A stretch of 64,000 bases of DNA from Chiloscyllium plagiosum (taxonomy: Eukaryota). A program made the position numbers and the translations under genes. This document shows positions 41,201 through 53,700 of the stretch, one piece after another. Numbering within the stretch: the stretch's first letter is position 1; each line of letters begins with the position of its first letter. The notes beneath the pieces were generated by a model, which saw only the letters and a list, made by a program, of their open reading frames with translations, did no database searches and was not told the DNA's origin. The stretch lies in the NCBI RefSeq assembly GCF_004010195.1, contig NC_057718.1, positions 52,700,498 through 52,764,497 on the forward strand. The letters run 5' to 3'.

Positions 41201-41403
41201 TGTTTCTCCAGATGCTCTCAGCATGGTTTCAATTTATGATGATTTTCTATGCCACCCTTATTTGAAGAAGATGAAGGAATGGACCCCAGCGAGACCACGG
41301 TTATTCTGCAATAAAATAATTAAAACATATTGAGATATTGAAATTATGTTGCATATTTATGTCATGATCAAGATAACCATACAAAACAAATTTTGCCCTG
41401 GAA

Positions 41404-41421
41404 TAGCTGCCATCTGCTGCA
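41404..41421 (-). promoter_or_regulatory. Candidate CTCF-like site
   Basis: Minus strand TGCAGCAGATGGCAGCTA resembles CCASYAGRKGGCRS; lies in non-repeat-looking sequence. Confidence 0.3.
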
Positions 41422-44400
41422 TTATCCATATTGGCAGGAGAGCAGAACTCCAGCAAAATAAAACATTGAAAATTCCATTAATGGTATTTAACTCCCTTAT
41501 GTTTTCAACATTTTCTATTTTTTTTTCAGTTTTTGCCAGCCTTACAGATGGGCTGGAATGTGGGAGAGTCTTCCCATTGCCATGATATTTCAAAAGCAGG
41601 AAGGAAGATAGGGATAGCTCTGTTTCCTAGAGATCATTTGTGCCACTTAAATGGCCAATTAAGGGCCTTTTGCCATTCCCACTGATGTTTCACCAGCAGA
41701 CTAAGGAATGTCTGGCATTGGGCTGTTCAGGTCAAGGCTCAAATCCCACCTGCCTGGGTTATAACACGTGTGAGCAAGTTCTTTTAAAATATTTAGGTCT
41801 TCTGCTGCATGGGTAGATCACCTGGTTAACTCTAATAGTTAAATGGGTTCAGGTGTTGCAACCTAATTAGGCACTCTGTATCCCATGAGAGGCAACCTGG
41901 TGGTAATGACTAGCCCAAAGCCAACAATCCCCTTGATTACACCGAACACCAATGCAGTTTGTAGTTTTCTCCGTGTCAACCTACATCACAGATAGTTGTG
42001 TTCTTGTTGAAACAGATATCTTGAAGTTTATGAATGACACTATGATTCCCATGTTTACAATATTGAAGGCTTACCCATTTGGTCTAAGTTCCATGGTTGT
42101 GCTGAGACTGTGCAATGTGTATATATAACTGAATGAAGATTCTTCACAACATTTATGAGAAGGTGAAGGTGACTAAAGGTGAGGCAGCTAACTTCCTACT
42201 GAAGCTTCACACGATATGATTTCATGTAACTGGCTTAAATGTACATTCAGATCTGGTCTGGATTCTGTGCCATAAATTATACTCCAATCTTTTTGTTTAA
42301 GTATATGAACCATTTTTCTGATGAATGCGTTGATATATGGAGCAGAATTTCCCAGCCCCGGAACAATGTGGACATTGACAAGTCACTTGGGAAGACAGAG
42401 TGGGATTAGCAGAATTGAGATTCTCAGTATCAAAAGGGAAAACATCCAATTCTGCAACCAAATCCTGAATGATGAAATATGAATCTCTCTCACCGAGCAG
42501 TGAGGGCCTATTTGCATTTAATAGCGTACAATTATTACTTAATCTTGTCTCATGCAGTTTCCCATTCTCCCACCCCCTAGTTAAAAACGAGATGTCAAAC
42601 ATTCCTAAGATGAACGTCAGTGTGGGTACCTAGCACCTGCAGCTCTTTGCTTGCTCCTTTGAGCTCCTTCTTTGGCAACAGTCATCAACATCTCAGGGCA
42701 CTCTCCAAAGTCAGTGACTATCGGCACCCCTGCCCTCTACAACAGGTCAGTATTGGACATCTATCAGTCCTCATGGCGCATTTTTAATCCACTTAAAACA
42801 CAGTTCTGAACTTCAAAGCTGCGCTTTGGACTGCATGATGACTTATCAATGTAATGCGGCTGACAGGACACTTCGAGCACAAAGGTGAGTACCGATTCAT
42901 GGACTGGATCAGGATGCATCTCAGGGCTCCTTACTTGCTCTCTTAATGCTACCTTGTCTTACTTTTTAACACTTTGATCTCTCAACCAGATCTTAAAGGT
43001 TCATAGCACTTCGGTCTTGATTTGCATTTAATACAGTCACAATGCAAGCAGCTTGTATTTGTTGTCAGCTGTGATCAGTCAAAGGGTTGCTGGGTAACAC
43101 CATGTGTCCTGACATATTGCTGCTTAGCATCATGGTACATCAATCTCACACTTGCACCATTTGCCAGCAGCTTACATGACAAGCACATTGCTTGCGTTCA
43201 AATAAATGGCCTTGCCTCAAAGTCTAAGGGATGTAGGCCTCAGTCAAGCCCAGGGAGTCTATCTTCAGTCAAAAAGACCCAGCACACTAAGTCAGGAGCC
43301 AGTGTCTGATATCAATCCACTATTTGAGGTGTCTCAAGTCAGAGGGTCTATAACGCAATAGGATGGGAAGAGAGCCAATTCTGTAATCCAGTGCAATCAA
43401 TCCAGGGAATTGTGGTTAGCAAGTCAGGGAATTGCAAAGAGATCAGTCAGCAATCTGGTCACTTATCAATCAGGGCTGTGCATCCAAGTCAGTTAGGGAG
43501 TGGACCAGGGTCAGTTCTGGAAGGGGCAGCTCAATAAAAGTAAAGGTGGGTTGTTTTGTGTAACTGCTGTGGTAGGGAAGTTGGAGAAGTCAGTCCAGGA
43601 TTTGAAGCAGCATTTGATGTAGAGGGAACAGTAATTTTGAAGGGGGATACTCAATGTTTAATGTGGGAGAAAATAGTCCTTTGGGGGGCATGGGTTCCTG
43701 CAGGAGCTGGGCGTGTCATTGATGGTCATAGCCACTCTAGATTCAATGGTTTGATAGTGCGCCGTGATGGTTGGCATATCTAAGCTGTAGGACCAGGGCT
43801 CAGATAATAATGTCAGGAATTGAAGCTATAATACAAAGTGGTGCATGGGGATACTTGGTATTTTACTAGAGATTCTGAACAATGAGGGCAAAAAAGAAAG
43901 GGACATGGAGGTTTTGGGGGAGGTCCTTGGTTACCAGACTCATCGCTGAGCATGACTTCCAACTCATAAATGCTCCCTGAAAATGGAAAATGGCTATAAC
44001 CATACCCGGAGTGGGTGGAGTCAGTGTTTTTTTGTCTGTCAGAGCACAGATAGCCCCATGTGTCAGAACGTGAGGCCTTTCAGGTTGCAGTTTCATCAAT
44101 TAGGCACTTTCATAGTATAGGTCAAAGTCATCAGTAACAATAGCTGCCTGCATGTGAAATACAAGCAGTGTCCAACTGTGTGGGATACATATCCTGGTCA
44201 CGGGTGAGCTTGACCAAATCATTGATCACCTCAGAATGAACATTGCCATCTTTGTGAAGACTAAGTAATCACAGGTCACCTTAAATTTGGCCACTGTTTG
44301 CAAAGACAATCCAAGATATTAGAGACTGCTCTAGGGCACAGAGTTGACTTCCTCACACCTTGAACCATAAGTATTTGCAAACATGCTCTTATGTGTAATA

Positions 44401-44711
44401 CTGTCTTTCCTGGGTGATGTAGGGATGGGAGGATAAGGAATCTGTAATAATGCAGAATGACAATCTCCTACTGTATTTATGTGACACATCTTGTACTGCA
44501 GGAAATCCGAACAAGTTCTCGAAGTCAAAGGTTCATTCCGTGGCCCTTTTTTTCAGGGTCTTTAATGTCCCAACATATGAAGGAGAATGAGTGATATGAA
44601 TATTGACTTCTCACATTACTAAGAATCAGTTCCGATTCTTATATTCACTGTGCAGATTCATTGGAAGTGTGACTAATTGATCAATCCAAAACAGGAGTTA
44701 TTCTCACAGAA

Positions 44712-45100
44712 TCAGAGAGTCAAAGAAATGTACAGCACGGAAACAGACCCTTCAGTTCAACTCGTCCATGCCAACCAGATATCCCAACCTAATCTAGTCC
44801 CATTTGCCAGCACTTGGCCCATATCCCTCCAAATCCTTCCTATTCATATACACATCCAGATGCCTTTTAAATGTTGCAATTGTACCAGCCTCCACCACTT
44901 CCTCTGACAGCTCATTCCACACATGCACCACCCTCTGCATGAAAATGTTGCCCCTTAGGACCCTTTTATATTTTTCAACCTAAACCGATGCCCTCTCATT
45001 CTGAACTCCCCCAACCCAGGGAAAACATTTTGTCTATTTACACTATCCATGGCCCTCAAGATTTTATAAACCTCTATGAGGTCACCCCTCAGCCTTTGAT
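44712..45100 (-). mobile_element. HER1/CR1 LINE 3-prime end
   Basis: QRLRGDLIEVYKILRAMD; reverse-complement tail tacagcacggaaacagacccttc. Confidence 0.9.
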
Positions 45101-46888
45101 GCTTACAGATGCTCCTGCAAGCCCAGGCCCAGCACAAACCCAAGCAGCAGCCAAACATCCTCCTCATGAAGCTGAGACAGCTGTAAATTCCCTCAGGATG
45201 TGCAGGAAGTGCATGAGTCTTGGTATCTATTGTCCTCAATGCCATTTCCTCCAAATGAAATCACCACAAGTAAACCACATCCTGGGATTCTATCACAGAA
45301 CTACATCAACTGCTGGAATGGGACCTGCGTCATGAGGAATAGATGGCCATCCAATCCTGGTGGCCATCGAGGTGACAGCTGCATTAGGCTTTTATGCAAA
45401 AGGCTGTTTCCAAGCATACACAACAAACCCGTGTGCAATCTCACAACCATGATTCACAAATGTATCAAAGCTTTTGCTGTGCAATCTTTGCCAGATCATG
45501 CCACTTCATCTTGCTTTTGGCCGACAAGGTCAGTGTAACAGTATAACCAATGTAGCTGGTCTTCCCCAGAAGCTGGGCTCCAGAGACTGTACTCACATTG
45601 CACTGAGAGCACTGCAGCATCATTCAGAGCGTAGTGCTGGATAGGGACAGCAGGTCACGCCGCATCCGAGGAGCAGGAGAATCGACATTTTGGGCATAAG
45701 CCCTTCATCAGGAATGAAGCTTGTGGGTCGGGACTGCGAGATAAATGGGACGGGGTGGGGTTTGGGGGAAGTTAGCTGAGAAAGCAATAGATGGATGAAG
45801 GTGAGGGAGAGGGCGATAGGTCAGAGGGAGGAGTGATGGACAGGTCTGAAGGGCAGTGCCGAGTTGGAGGCTTGGGACTGGGATAATGTGGGGGGAGGGA
45901 AGTGAGGAAGCTGTTGAAATCCACATTTATCCCATGTAGTTGCAGGATTCCAAGACGGAATATGAGGCGTTGCTCCTCCAGGTGTCGGGTGCTAACAGTT
46001 TGGCGCTGAAGGAGGCCTAGGATCCACATGTTCTTGATGGAGTGGGAGGGGGAGATGAAGTGTTCAGCCACAGGAGTGGTGAGATTGGTCAGTGCGGGTG
46101 TCCCAGAGATGTTCTCTGAAATGATCCGCAAGAAGGTGTGCTATCTCCTCGATGTAGAGGAGACCACACCAGGTGCAATGGATGCAGTAGATGACATTGG
46201 TAGAAGTACAGGTAAATTTCTGACGAATGTGGAAGGATCCCCTGGGGCCTTGGACGGAAGTGAGGGGGGAGGTCTGGGTGCAGGTTTTGCACTTCCAATG
46301 GTGGTAGGCGAAGGTGCCAGGAATGGGGTGTAAGCTGCTGCGGGTGTGGACCTGACGAGGTAGGTTGTTGGTAAAGTTGAGGAGGTTGAACAGTTCATCA
46401 ACTTTACCAATACCTTCCATCCCAACCTCAAATTCACCGGGACCATCTCGGAAACCTCCCTTCCTCGACCTCTCTGTCACTGTCTCTGGCGACCAACTAA
46501 CCACAGACATATACTACAAGCCCACCGACTCCCACAGCTACCTAGACTACACCTCCTCCCACCCTACCACTTGTAAAACACCATCTCTTGTTCCCAATTC
46601 CTCTGCCTCCACTGCATCTGTTCCCAGGATGACCAATTTCACCTCAGAAAGTCCCTGATGGCCTCTTTCTTCCATGATCGCAACTTCCCTTCCCACGTGG
46701 ATGATGATGCCCTTTAGTGCATCTCCTCCAATTCACGCACCACTGCCCTTGAACTCCACCCCTCCCAACGCAACAAGGACAGAACCCCTCTGGTCCTCAC
46801 CTTCCACCCCACCAACCTCTGCATACAACGCATCATCCTCCATCTCTTCCGCCACCTCCAAGCAGACCCCTCCACCAGAGATATATTT

Positions 46889-47641
46889 TTAAAATTTGGG
46901 TGAAGATTTGTAGCTCGGGTGCTCGTTGTTGTGGTTCTGTTCGCCGAGCTGGAAATTTTTGTTGCAAACGTTTCGTCCCCTGTCTAGGTGACATCCTCAG
47001 TGCTTGGGAGCCTCCTTTGAAGCGCTTCTGTGGTGTTTCCTCCGGCATTTATAGTGGCCTGTCCCTGCCGCTTCCGGTTGTCAGTTTCAGCTGTCCACTG
47101 TAGTGGCCGATATATTGGGTCCAGCTCGATGTGTTTGTTGATGGAGTTTGTGGATGAGTGCCATGCTTCTAGGAATTCCCTGGCTGTTCTCTGTTTGATT
47201 TGCCCTATAATGGTAGTGTTGTCCCAGTCAAATTCATGTTGCTTGTCGTCTGTGTGTGTGGCTACTAAGGATAGCTGGTCGTGTCATTCATGCGGATCCA
47301 TGAACATCAACTAGCCACAAAACAACACAACCAGCTATCCTTAGTAGCCACACATGCAGACGACAAGCAACATGAATTCGACTGGGACAACACTACCATT
47401 ATAGGGCAAGCCAAACAAAGAACAGCCAGGGAATTCCCAGAAGCATGGCACTCANNNNNNNGGCCACTACAGCGGACAGCTGAAACTGACAACCGGAAGG
47501 GGCAGGGACAGGCCACTATAAATGCCGGAGGAAACACCACAGAAGCGCTTCACAGGAGGCTCCCAAGCACCGAAGATGTCACCTAGACAGGGGACGAAAC
47601 GTTTGCAACAAAAATTTCCAGCTCGGCGAAAAGAACCACAA
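46889..47641. mobile_element. PLE family C inverted insertion nested in family A
   Basis: RIHEHQLATK..LSLVATHADDKQHEFDWDNTTIIGQAKQRTAREF.EAWHS (GIY-YIG C-terminus) on both strands; 13-bp TSD cagagatatattt at 46876-46888 and 47642-47654. Confidence 0.9.
46964..47003 (-). ncRNA. Minimal type I hammerhead ribozyme motif (PLE family C); mutated partner at 47567-47606 plus
   Basis: GCA-CTGAGGA-T-GTCACCT(AGAC)AGGGGAC-GAAAC-GTT-TGC: helix I GCA/TGC, helix II with one mismatch, palindromic ACGT, GUU triplet. Confidence 0.75.
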
Positions 47642-48083
47642 CAGAGATATATTTCCCTCCCCACCCCTATCAGCATTCCGAAAAGACCATTCCCTCTGTG
47701 ACTCCCTCGTCAGGTCCACACCACCCACCAGCCCACAACCCACTCTGGCTTCTTTCCCTCCTATTGTAGGAAGTGCAAAAACATCAATTCTCCTGTTCCT
47801 TGGATGCTGCCTGACCTGCTGTGCTTTTCCAGCACCAACTCTCTACTCTGATCTCCAACATCTGCAGTCCTCACTTTCTCCTACACCATCCTTCAGTTGA
47901 CTTCATGAATAGAAAATGATGCCATTCCATCAAAGTCAGCTGTGATCATCAGCACCACATCTTAGAAGTCTGTGCCAAGTATCCGGGGAGTTGCCGTTTA
48001 TTTACATGATATTTACATCCTTCAGAGCTCTCATGCTCCTGCTTCAGTTCAAGGGCTGATCAAGGGTAGTTATTGGAAAATAA

Positions 48084-49395
48084 TGGCATTATTCAAGGAG
48101 GGGAAATTTCACACGGATTGCCACTCCGGCTCTTCTATTTTATGGAATAAGGGAGATCCTCATTTCTAAGAGGAGATTCTGATCTAAGCTCCCTCAGAAA
48201 TGTGGTGGCATACTTCAATTCTAACAGTTCATTCATAATGCAATAGTGTCAGGGAAAGGGAAACCATGCCTTCTCTTTCACAGCAATCAACTGCTGTATT
48301 CTGAAATTTAAAGGAGCTGGCAGCTACTTTGCTAGCTGCTGTCAAATGTTAATACTTCAGTGAAGTGTGATGTTAGAGTGCTGGGACAGTAGGGTACCAG
48401 GTAGGTCAGCTGTCAAATGAATAGGGATAGGGTGCTTGGTAAGTGGGGTGCCAATGGGAAGGGTGGCAACTGGGGTAGAGCTAGAATGCCAGATGCATAA
48501 GGGTAGGATGCCAGGTAGGTAGGATGTAAGGTGGGTAGAAGGGCACAGTGCAAATATGTAGAATGCCAGTCATTTTAAGGGTAAGGTGTCAGATGGGTAG
48601 TATGACAAGTGAGAAGCAGGTATGGTATAAAATTGATACAATGCTTTGAGGCTATGTGAGAAGGTAAGAAATGCAGTGTTTACAATAGGTTGAGGTGGAT
48701 GAGAGAAATTGGGTCTGGTGGGATGTGAAGATGGTGCATTTCAGATCTGGGGGAGTTGGGTGACTTTCTGAAGGGAGGGATGTGTACTTGGTTTCCGGTG
48801 GCAGGGGTGACTACACCGGATGCTGTTGGGTGGAGTCAGGTCTGAAGGGAGTGGGGGGAGTGGTGTTGGTTCTGATTTGGTAGATGAGTTGGGGGTTGGG
48901 AGTTGTTGAGGTCAGATCAGGGCAAGGAGAGTATGTCCTGTCTGATGATGGGGCAATATTGGCATCTTGTCTGATGAAGTCAGATTAGGTCCAGCAGAGG
49001 GAAATGTGGTTGGGTCCTGGAGGTGTATCAGCTTGTGGTGTGGGAGGGGTACAAGTGCATCAGTGAGTGGGGTGGGGGTAGGGGTCAGCAGTTTCATTTG
49101 GGAAAGTGTGAGGTAAATATTTGGTCAGATTAATAATTACTCAAGATTAGACTATGCATTTTATTGTCAACATTTCCTGGGTGAATATTTCACTTAATTT
49201 AGTTGGAACCCTCTGAACTCTCTGATGTAATTGGAGAAGTTTGGAAGGTTCCAGGTGTAGAGGAGTTGACTGGTAGAACATTCAATTTTTCAGGCAATTG
49301 CATTGGAATCTGCTGCATTGGGGATTCTTCTGGGTTCTCGTGTGAAATAACATCTACTCTGGAGTTAGCATGTCTGACCATTGGAAACTCCAGGC
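48084..49395. mobile_element. 1.3-kb insertion with TAA duplication, probable non-autonomous Harbinger-type element with G-rich interior
   Basis: TAA at 48081-48083 and 49396-49398; removing it restores LLENKGYPL in frame; right end ggaaactccaggc, left TIR not recognisable. Confidence 0.55.
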
Positions 49396-50414
49396 TAAGG
49401 GCTACCCTCTGCAATGATGGGTGACGACTCCAGTACGCCAACCCATGACTGAGGATGAAGCGTAGATAGAAAGTGACCCATTTTTTGACCAAGGGTGTAG
49501 TGGAGCAGATGTTGACCAGCTGAAGGTGAGATTCTTCTGCTTGGATCGGTCTTGAAGGGCCTTGTGTTCATCCCTACACAGGGTGTGTCAAATACTCATA
49601 GCATGCTGTGCTTTCCTAATTAGTGAAGACAAAGAGGGGATAAATGCTGCAGAGATGGGAGAGTGGGAGCAGTATTCCAAGGGCAAGGATGAGGACACTG
49701 AGTCGGAGGAACATCAGTACAGCAGTGACGAGTGCAGTAAGCCAGACAGGATTTACTATTCACTTACAGTGGATGTGAGCTTGGTGCAGTGATCAGTCAT
49801 TAACTGTAAATTTGTTGCAGCTCAAAAGGCAAGCAGTCGCTGTCTGTACCCAGAAGCAAATGCAGCTTCTGTTTGTTTTTTTGTTTTCTCTTTGCTTTGT
49901 CTGTTGGTGAATAAAAAGTTCACGTTTCAAACGTTTGACGACTTCTTCGTGTCTGATGGCTGTACAATGAGGAACAATGTTCCCTCTTCTTTTCTTTCTG
50001 GCTGCACATACCTCCGAAGCCCACATGTGGCAGCGACTTCAGAGTCAGAAAACAATGCCAAGACGAGTAAGCCAATGCCAATCACAGTGCAGGGAACCTT
50101 GGAATGGTTGATTGCGTTCACAGTTGCAGAACTTAAAGGGAATGATGAAAGATGTTTGGTGACACTGAGCACTGGGGAAAGAGTAGCACTCCCTTAGACA
50201 GGCTTCAAAGGTGGGCTGAGGCCAAGGACAGATTACCTACGTGGTTTGATTCTTAAATAATTTACAAATATAAGCTTGGATTTGTAATAAGGCATGAATG
50301 GTGCCACCAAATGTGCTCTGAGAACTGTTTGATTTTGGTTCCCCTTCCACTACGTGTAGTGTGAGGGGCAGCTCCTGACTGACAGCCATTGACCTGATAT
50401 ACACCTGATGCCAC

Positions 50415-50533
50415 ATTCCTGATGAAGGGCTTAAGCCTGAAGCATCAATTCTCCTGCTTCTCGGATGCGGCCTGACTTTTCCAGCACCACGCTCTTGGCT
50501 CTGATCCCCAGCATCTGCAGTCCTCTTTTTTCC
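50415..50533 (+). mobile_element. PLE family A terminal fragment with decayed hammerhead
   Basis: attcctgatgaagggcttaagcctgaagcatcaattctcctgc.. Confidence 0.8.
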
Positions 50534-50901
50534 TAACCACTGACCTGGTATACCATAAAAATGGTGCTGGTGCCAGGAATTACAGGCTGTACCAGCAGTG
50601 AAAAGCACTTTTTGGCAAGAGGGAGAATAAAACAAGTGAGGCCCATTAGAGGCATGGTGTATCAGTAATGAGGTGGTTTCACAGAACAGTATAGAAAATC
50701 TCTCCAGCTCACGGATAGAAACTCTCCAGGTAACTTGCCAAAATTGATTTCGGGTAAAATTGAGCCCTTACCTCTACACATTCAGACGAAGCCTTGGTGG
50801 ATGTATGACACAACCAGATTTTGCTCTTATACAGTTATTATGACTTGGTAATGTAGATTCACTCTGTGGTGTGCTGTCTACTTTTACGGATAAATGTACT
50901 G

Positions 50902-51184
50902 TTAGATTCTCTACAGTGTGGAAACAAGCCATTCAGCTCAACAAGTCCACACCGACCCTCCAAAGAGTAACCCATCCCGACACATTTACCACTGACTAAT
51001 GCACCCAACACTATGGGCAATTTAGCATGGCCAATTCACCTGAACTGCACATCTTTGGACTGTGGGAGGAAATCCATGCAGACACGGGAACAGTGTGCAA
51101 ACTCTACATGGACAGCTGCCCAAGGCTGGAATCAAATCCAGGTCCCTGGTGCTGTGAGGCTGCAGTGCTAACCACTAAGCCACC
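50902..51184 (-). mobile_element. HE1-type SINE
   Basis: Reverse-complement tail, V-domain and head. Confidence 0.88.
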
Positions 51185-51699
51185 AAGCCCCCCACCGTAC
51201 TGTGGCCTGTTGTCAGACACCAGGATGTAACATGTCCTTGGATGTGGAATATCAGGCTCAAACTTGTACAACAAGTCTCAACAACTATATTGTGGAGACT
51301 GATGAAGTTCACATGTTTCACATGATGAGATTAATTGAATGATGTGCTTGCTAATGTAAACCAATATGCAGTATGAATTCATATGCCATTCTCCCAGTTT
51401 TTCCATTCAGGTAACTTAAATGCATGTAGTCCAGCACACCTTGACATAATACTTGCAGAATTGCCTCTTGCTCACTTTGAAGGTTACATTCCCAGAGAGT
51501 TGTTGTTCAACTCTGACTGATCAGAAAGACCAAATGAGCTCAGGGATATGTTGGGTATATTTAACCTGTCTGCTCTTGATGACCTTCTTAGGTATTTGCA
51601 GCATATCATTATCTGCAGCATATCATTCCAGTTTGCAACATCTCGTTCATTTTAGCTTGGCTGTGACCAAAATGAATGAGATGTTGCGACTGGAATCTT

Positions 51700-53700
51700 T
51701 GTGGTGGAAATGATATATTTGTTCCCTCATGCATTGTAATAATATGTCGATCTGTGCATGCAGACAAATGATGGAAGCCCACACTGTATCAATGATATAC
51801 AAGATTTCTGGAATCCATCCTGGAATCTCACATGTCGTGGTGTATGCAAATGTCCTAAAGGTACAGAACTATCTGGTCTGGAATGTGGATACAACACTCG
51901 CCTTATTGGTCCCAGTAAATTGAGACACAACAAAACCTGTTGAAAAAGGTGGCATCTTCTCAGCTGGATGCAGTCCCAGCTCTGGGCACCAATCCAATTG
52001 ACGAGCTGCTAACCCTCCAATTGTCTGGCAGCTCTTGGAACTAAGCACTCATCCCTTAAAGGAACATGAGCCTCAATCACAATTAATTGGTTACAGGCTG
52101 AACCTCAGATGCAGTTAATGTTTTTAGTCCAGTGACCGTTCTTCATATGCTGTGAGACTGCTGAGTTTCTCCAGTAATTTCTGATTTCCAGCATCTGCAT
52201 TTCTTGCTTCATACCAATAAAATTTAGCTGATAGTCCCACAAATGGACGATGCAGATTAACCCCAGCTTTGAGCATGCCATTGCGGCTGTTGCTCCCTTC
52301 ACTGAATTCAGCCCAATGTTAGCAAAGCAAAAAGATGGATTCAAGAAAAAATATGGAGATAACCTCATCTTTGTGAAGATCCAACGAAAGGACAATTGCC
52401 AACAATAACTGAATGAAGCCTTCTGTAACCTCACAATGATATCAATATTGAGGCTCTGTAGGATTGCTGATGCTGGGACTATAAAATAAACTATAAACTC
52501 CTCTCCACCTCCACCACATACACTGTTGTGATTGTGATTGGAAGCATTTATGAAGGCATTTGTGCTTACCAGATAGATGCACAAGATGCTGGTGAGCTCA
52601 TATTTGGAGGCGTGCAGACAGTTTTGGAACCCTTATTTCATTAGAGTCCATTCAGAGAAGGTTCACCAGGATGATCCCTGCAATGAAGAGGTTATCTTAT
52701 GAGCAAAGGTTAAACAGGTTGGGATTCTATTCACTGGAGTTTAGAAAAAAATTAACAAGTTGGGTTCTTAAGGGGCTTGACAGGGTAAATGCTGGGAAGA
52801 TGGTTACCCTCATGGGAGAGTCTGGTACCAGAGGGCTTGGGCTCAGAAGCAAGAGAAATCAACTTAAGACTAAGATGAGGAAGAATTTTTGGAATTCCTT
52901 TGGTGTTTTTGGAAGTCCTTGCCATAGACAGCTATAGGTGCAGAGTGCTTGTATATATTTTAAACTGAGATAGATAAATTGTTGATCACTAGGGAATCAA
53001 GAGATATGGAAAAAGCACAGGAAAATGGACATGAGGAATGTCGGATCAGCCGAATGGCGCTGTTGTTCCATTTCGTGTTGTCTTGTTCTTATGGTCTTAT
53101 GGTATTGAACTTTGAATAAGTCAAGGTAGGTCTAACAGAAGAAAGCTCTTGACTTCACCATATCAGGAATATGGAGCACAGACAGCAGAAAAGGGAAGGT
53201 GTGTGCAGAAACAGAAGGCTATATCAGGCTTGCATTCAACAAGTGTTTGCAAGGAACATTTCTCGTGTTGCCACAACAGCCAGGAACAATATCTGAGGCA
53301 GTTATATTTCCCCAAGGAGCTGGTCAATGATTTCCAACAAACCGACAAAGCTATACAGCAGTGTGCCATAAAAATTAACATCAGCCTCAATTCCTGTAAA
53401 AACAAATCCTTCCAGGCAAAAGCAAGAGATATTGTTTGACATTTTCATGGTTCACAGTTTATTACCAAATTGGAGAGGTGCCTAAGACTCGGTATGCCAG
53501 AAGGTGACTTCAGAGTTTTCAGTCTTGTGAGAGAAACAGGCAGGGCAATCACATGCCTTTGCCAGGCTAACTGGATATGTTCAATGGCATGCTGTTGGCT
53601 GTGAGTCCTGAATATTAACGAGTACATGCCAAGGGCTACCATTCCATGAACAGTTAGCATGCAACCCTGCCCAACATAGCCTCTTGATGAATGCAAGTAC
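51700..53700 (-). mobile_element. Decayed RTE-clade LINE, interrupted by a CR1 fragment (~52565-53100 plus)
   Basis: TISL..PG and IIDQL remnants ~53300-53450, then AILQSLNIDIIVRLQKAS (like ID.EI..RLQKAS) ~52430. Confidence 0.5.

Larger units (their letters stand above)
45628..47886. mobile_element. PLE family A inverted insertion (45628-~46365 minus GIY-YIG plus terminus; ~46366-47886 plus RT thumb plus terminus)
   Basis: FTCTSTNVIYCIHC..CGLLYIEE on minus; FHPNLKFT..FLDLSV..DIYYKPTDSHSYLDYTSSHP on plus; TSD catc(a/c)ttcag at 45618-45627 and 47887-47896. Confidence 0.88.
45110..49630 (+). pseudogene. PIF/Harbinger (HARBI1-like) DDE transposase fossil in three pieces (45110-45627, 47887-48083, 49396-49630)
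   Basis: GHPILVAIEVTAALGFYAKGCFQ..ISQP; AGLPQKLGSRDCTHIALRA; FMNRK*CHSIKVSCDHQHHILEVCAKYPGSC..HDIYILQ; LLEN|KGYPLQ*WVTTPVRQP; VEQ..LKVRFFCLDRS..RVCQILIACCA. Confidence 0.85.

Noticed and set aside
42339..42360. Left TIR of the Harbinger element
   Set aside because: Only loose similarity to the right end and no clear TWA duplication
52105..52584. 159-aa minus-strand ORF as a host gene
   Set aside because: Runs across RTE-like and PLE-terminal relics; no host domain recognised
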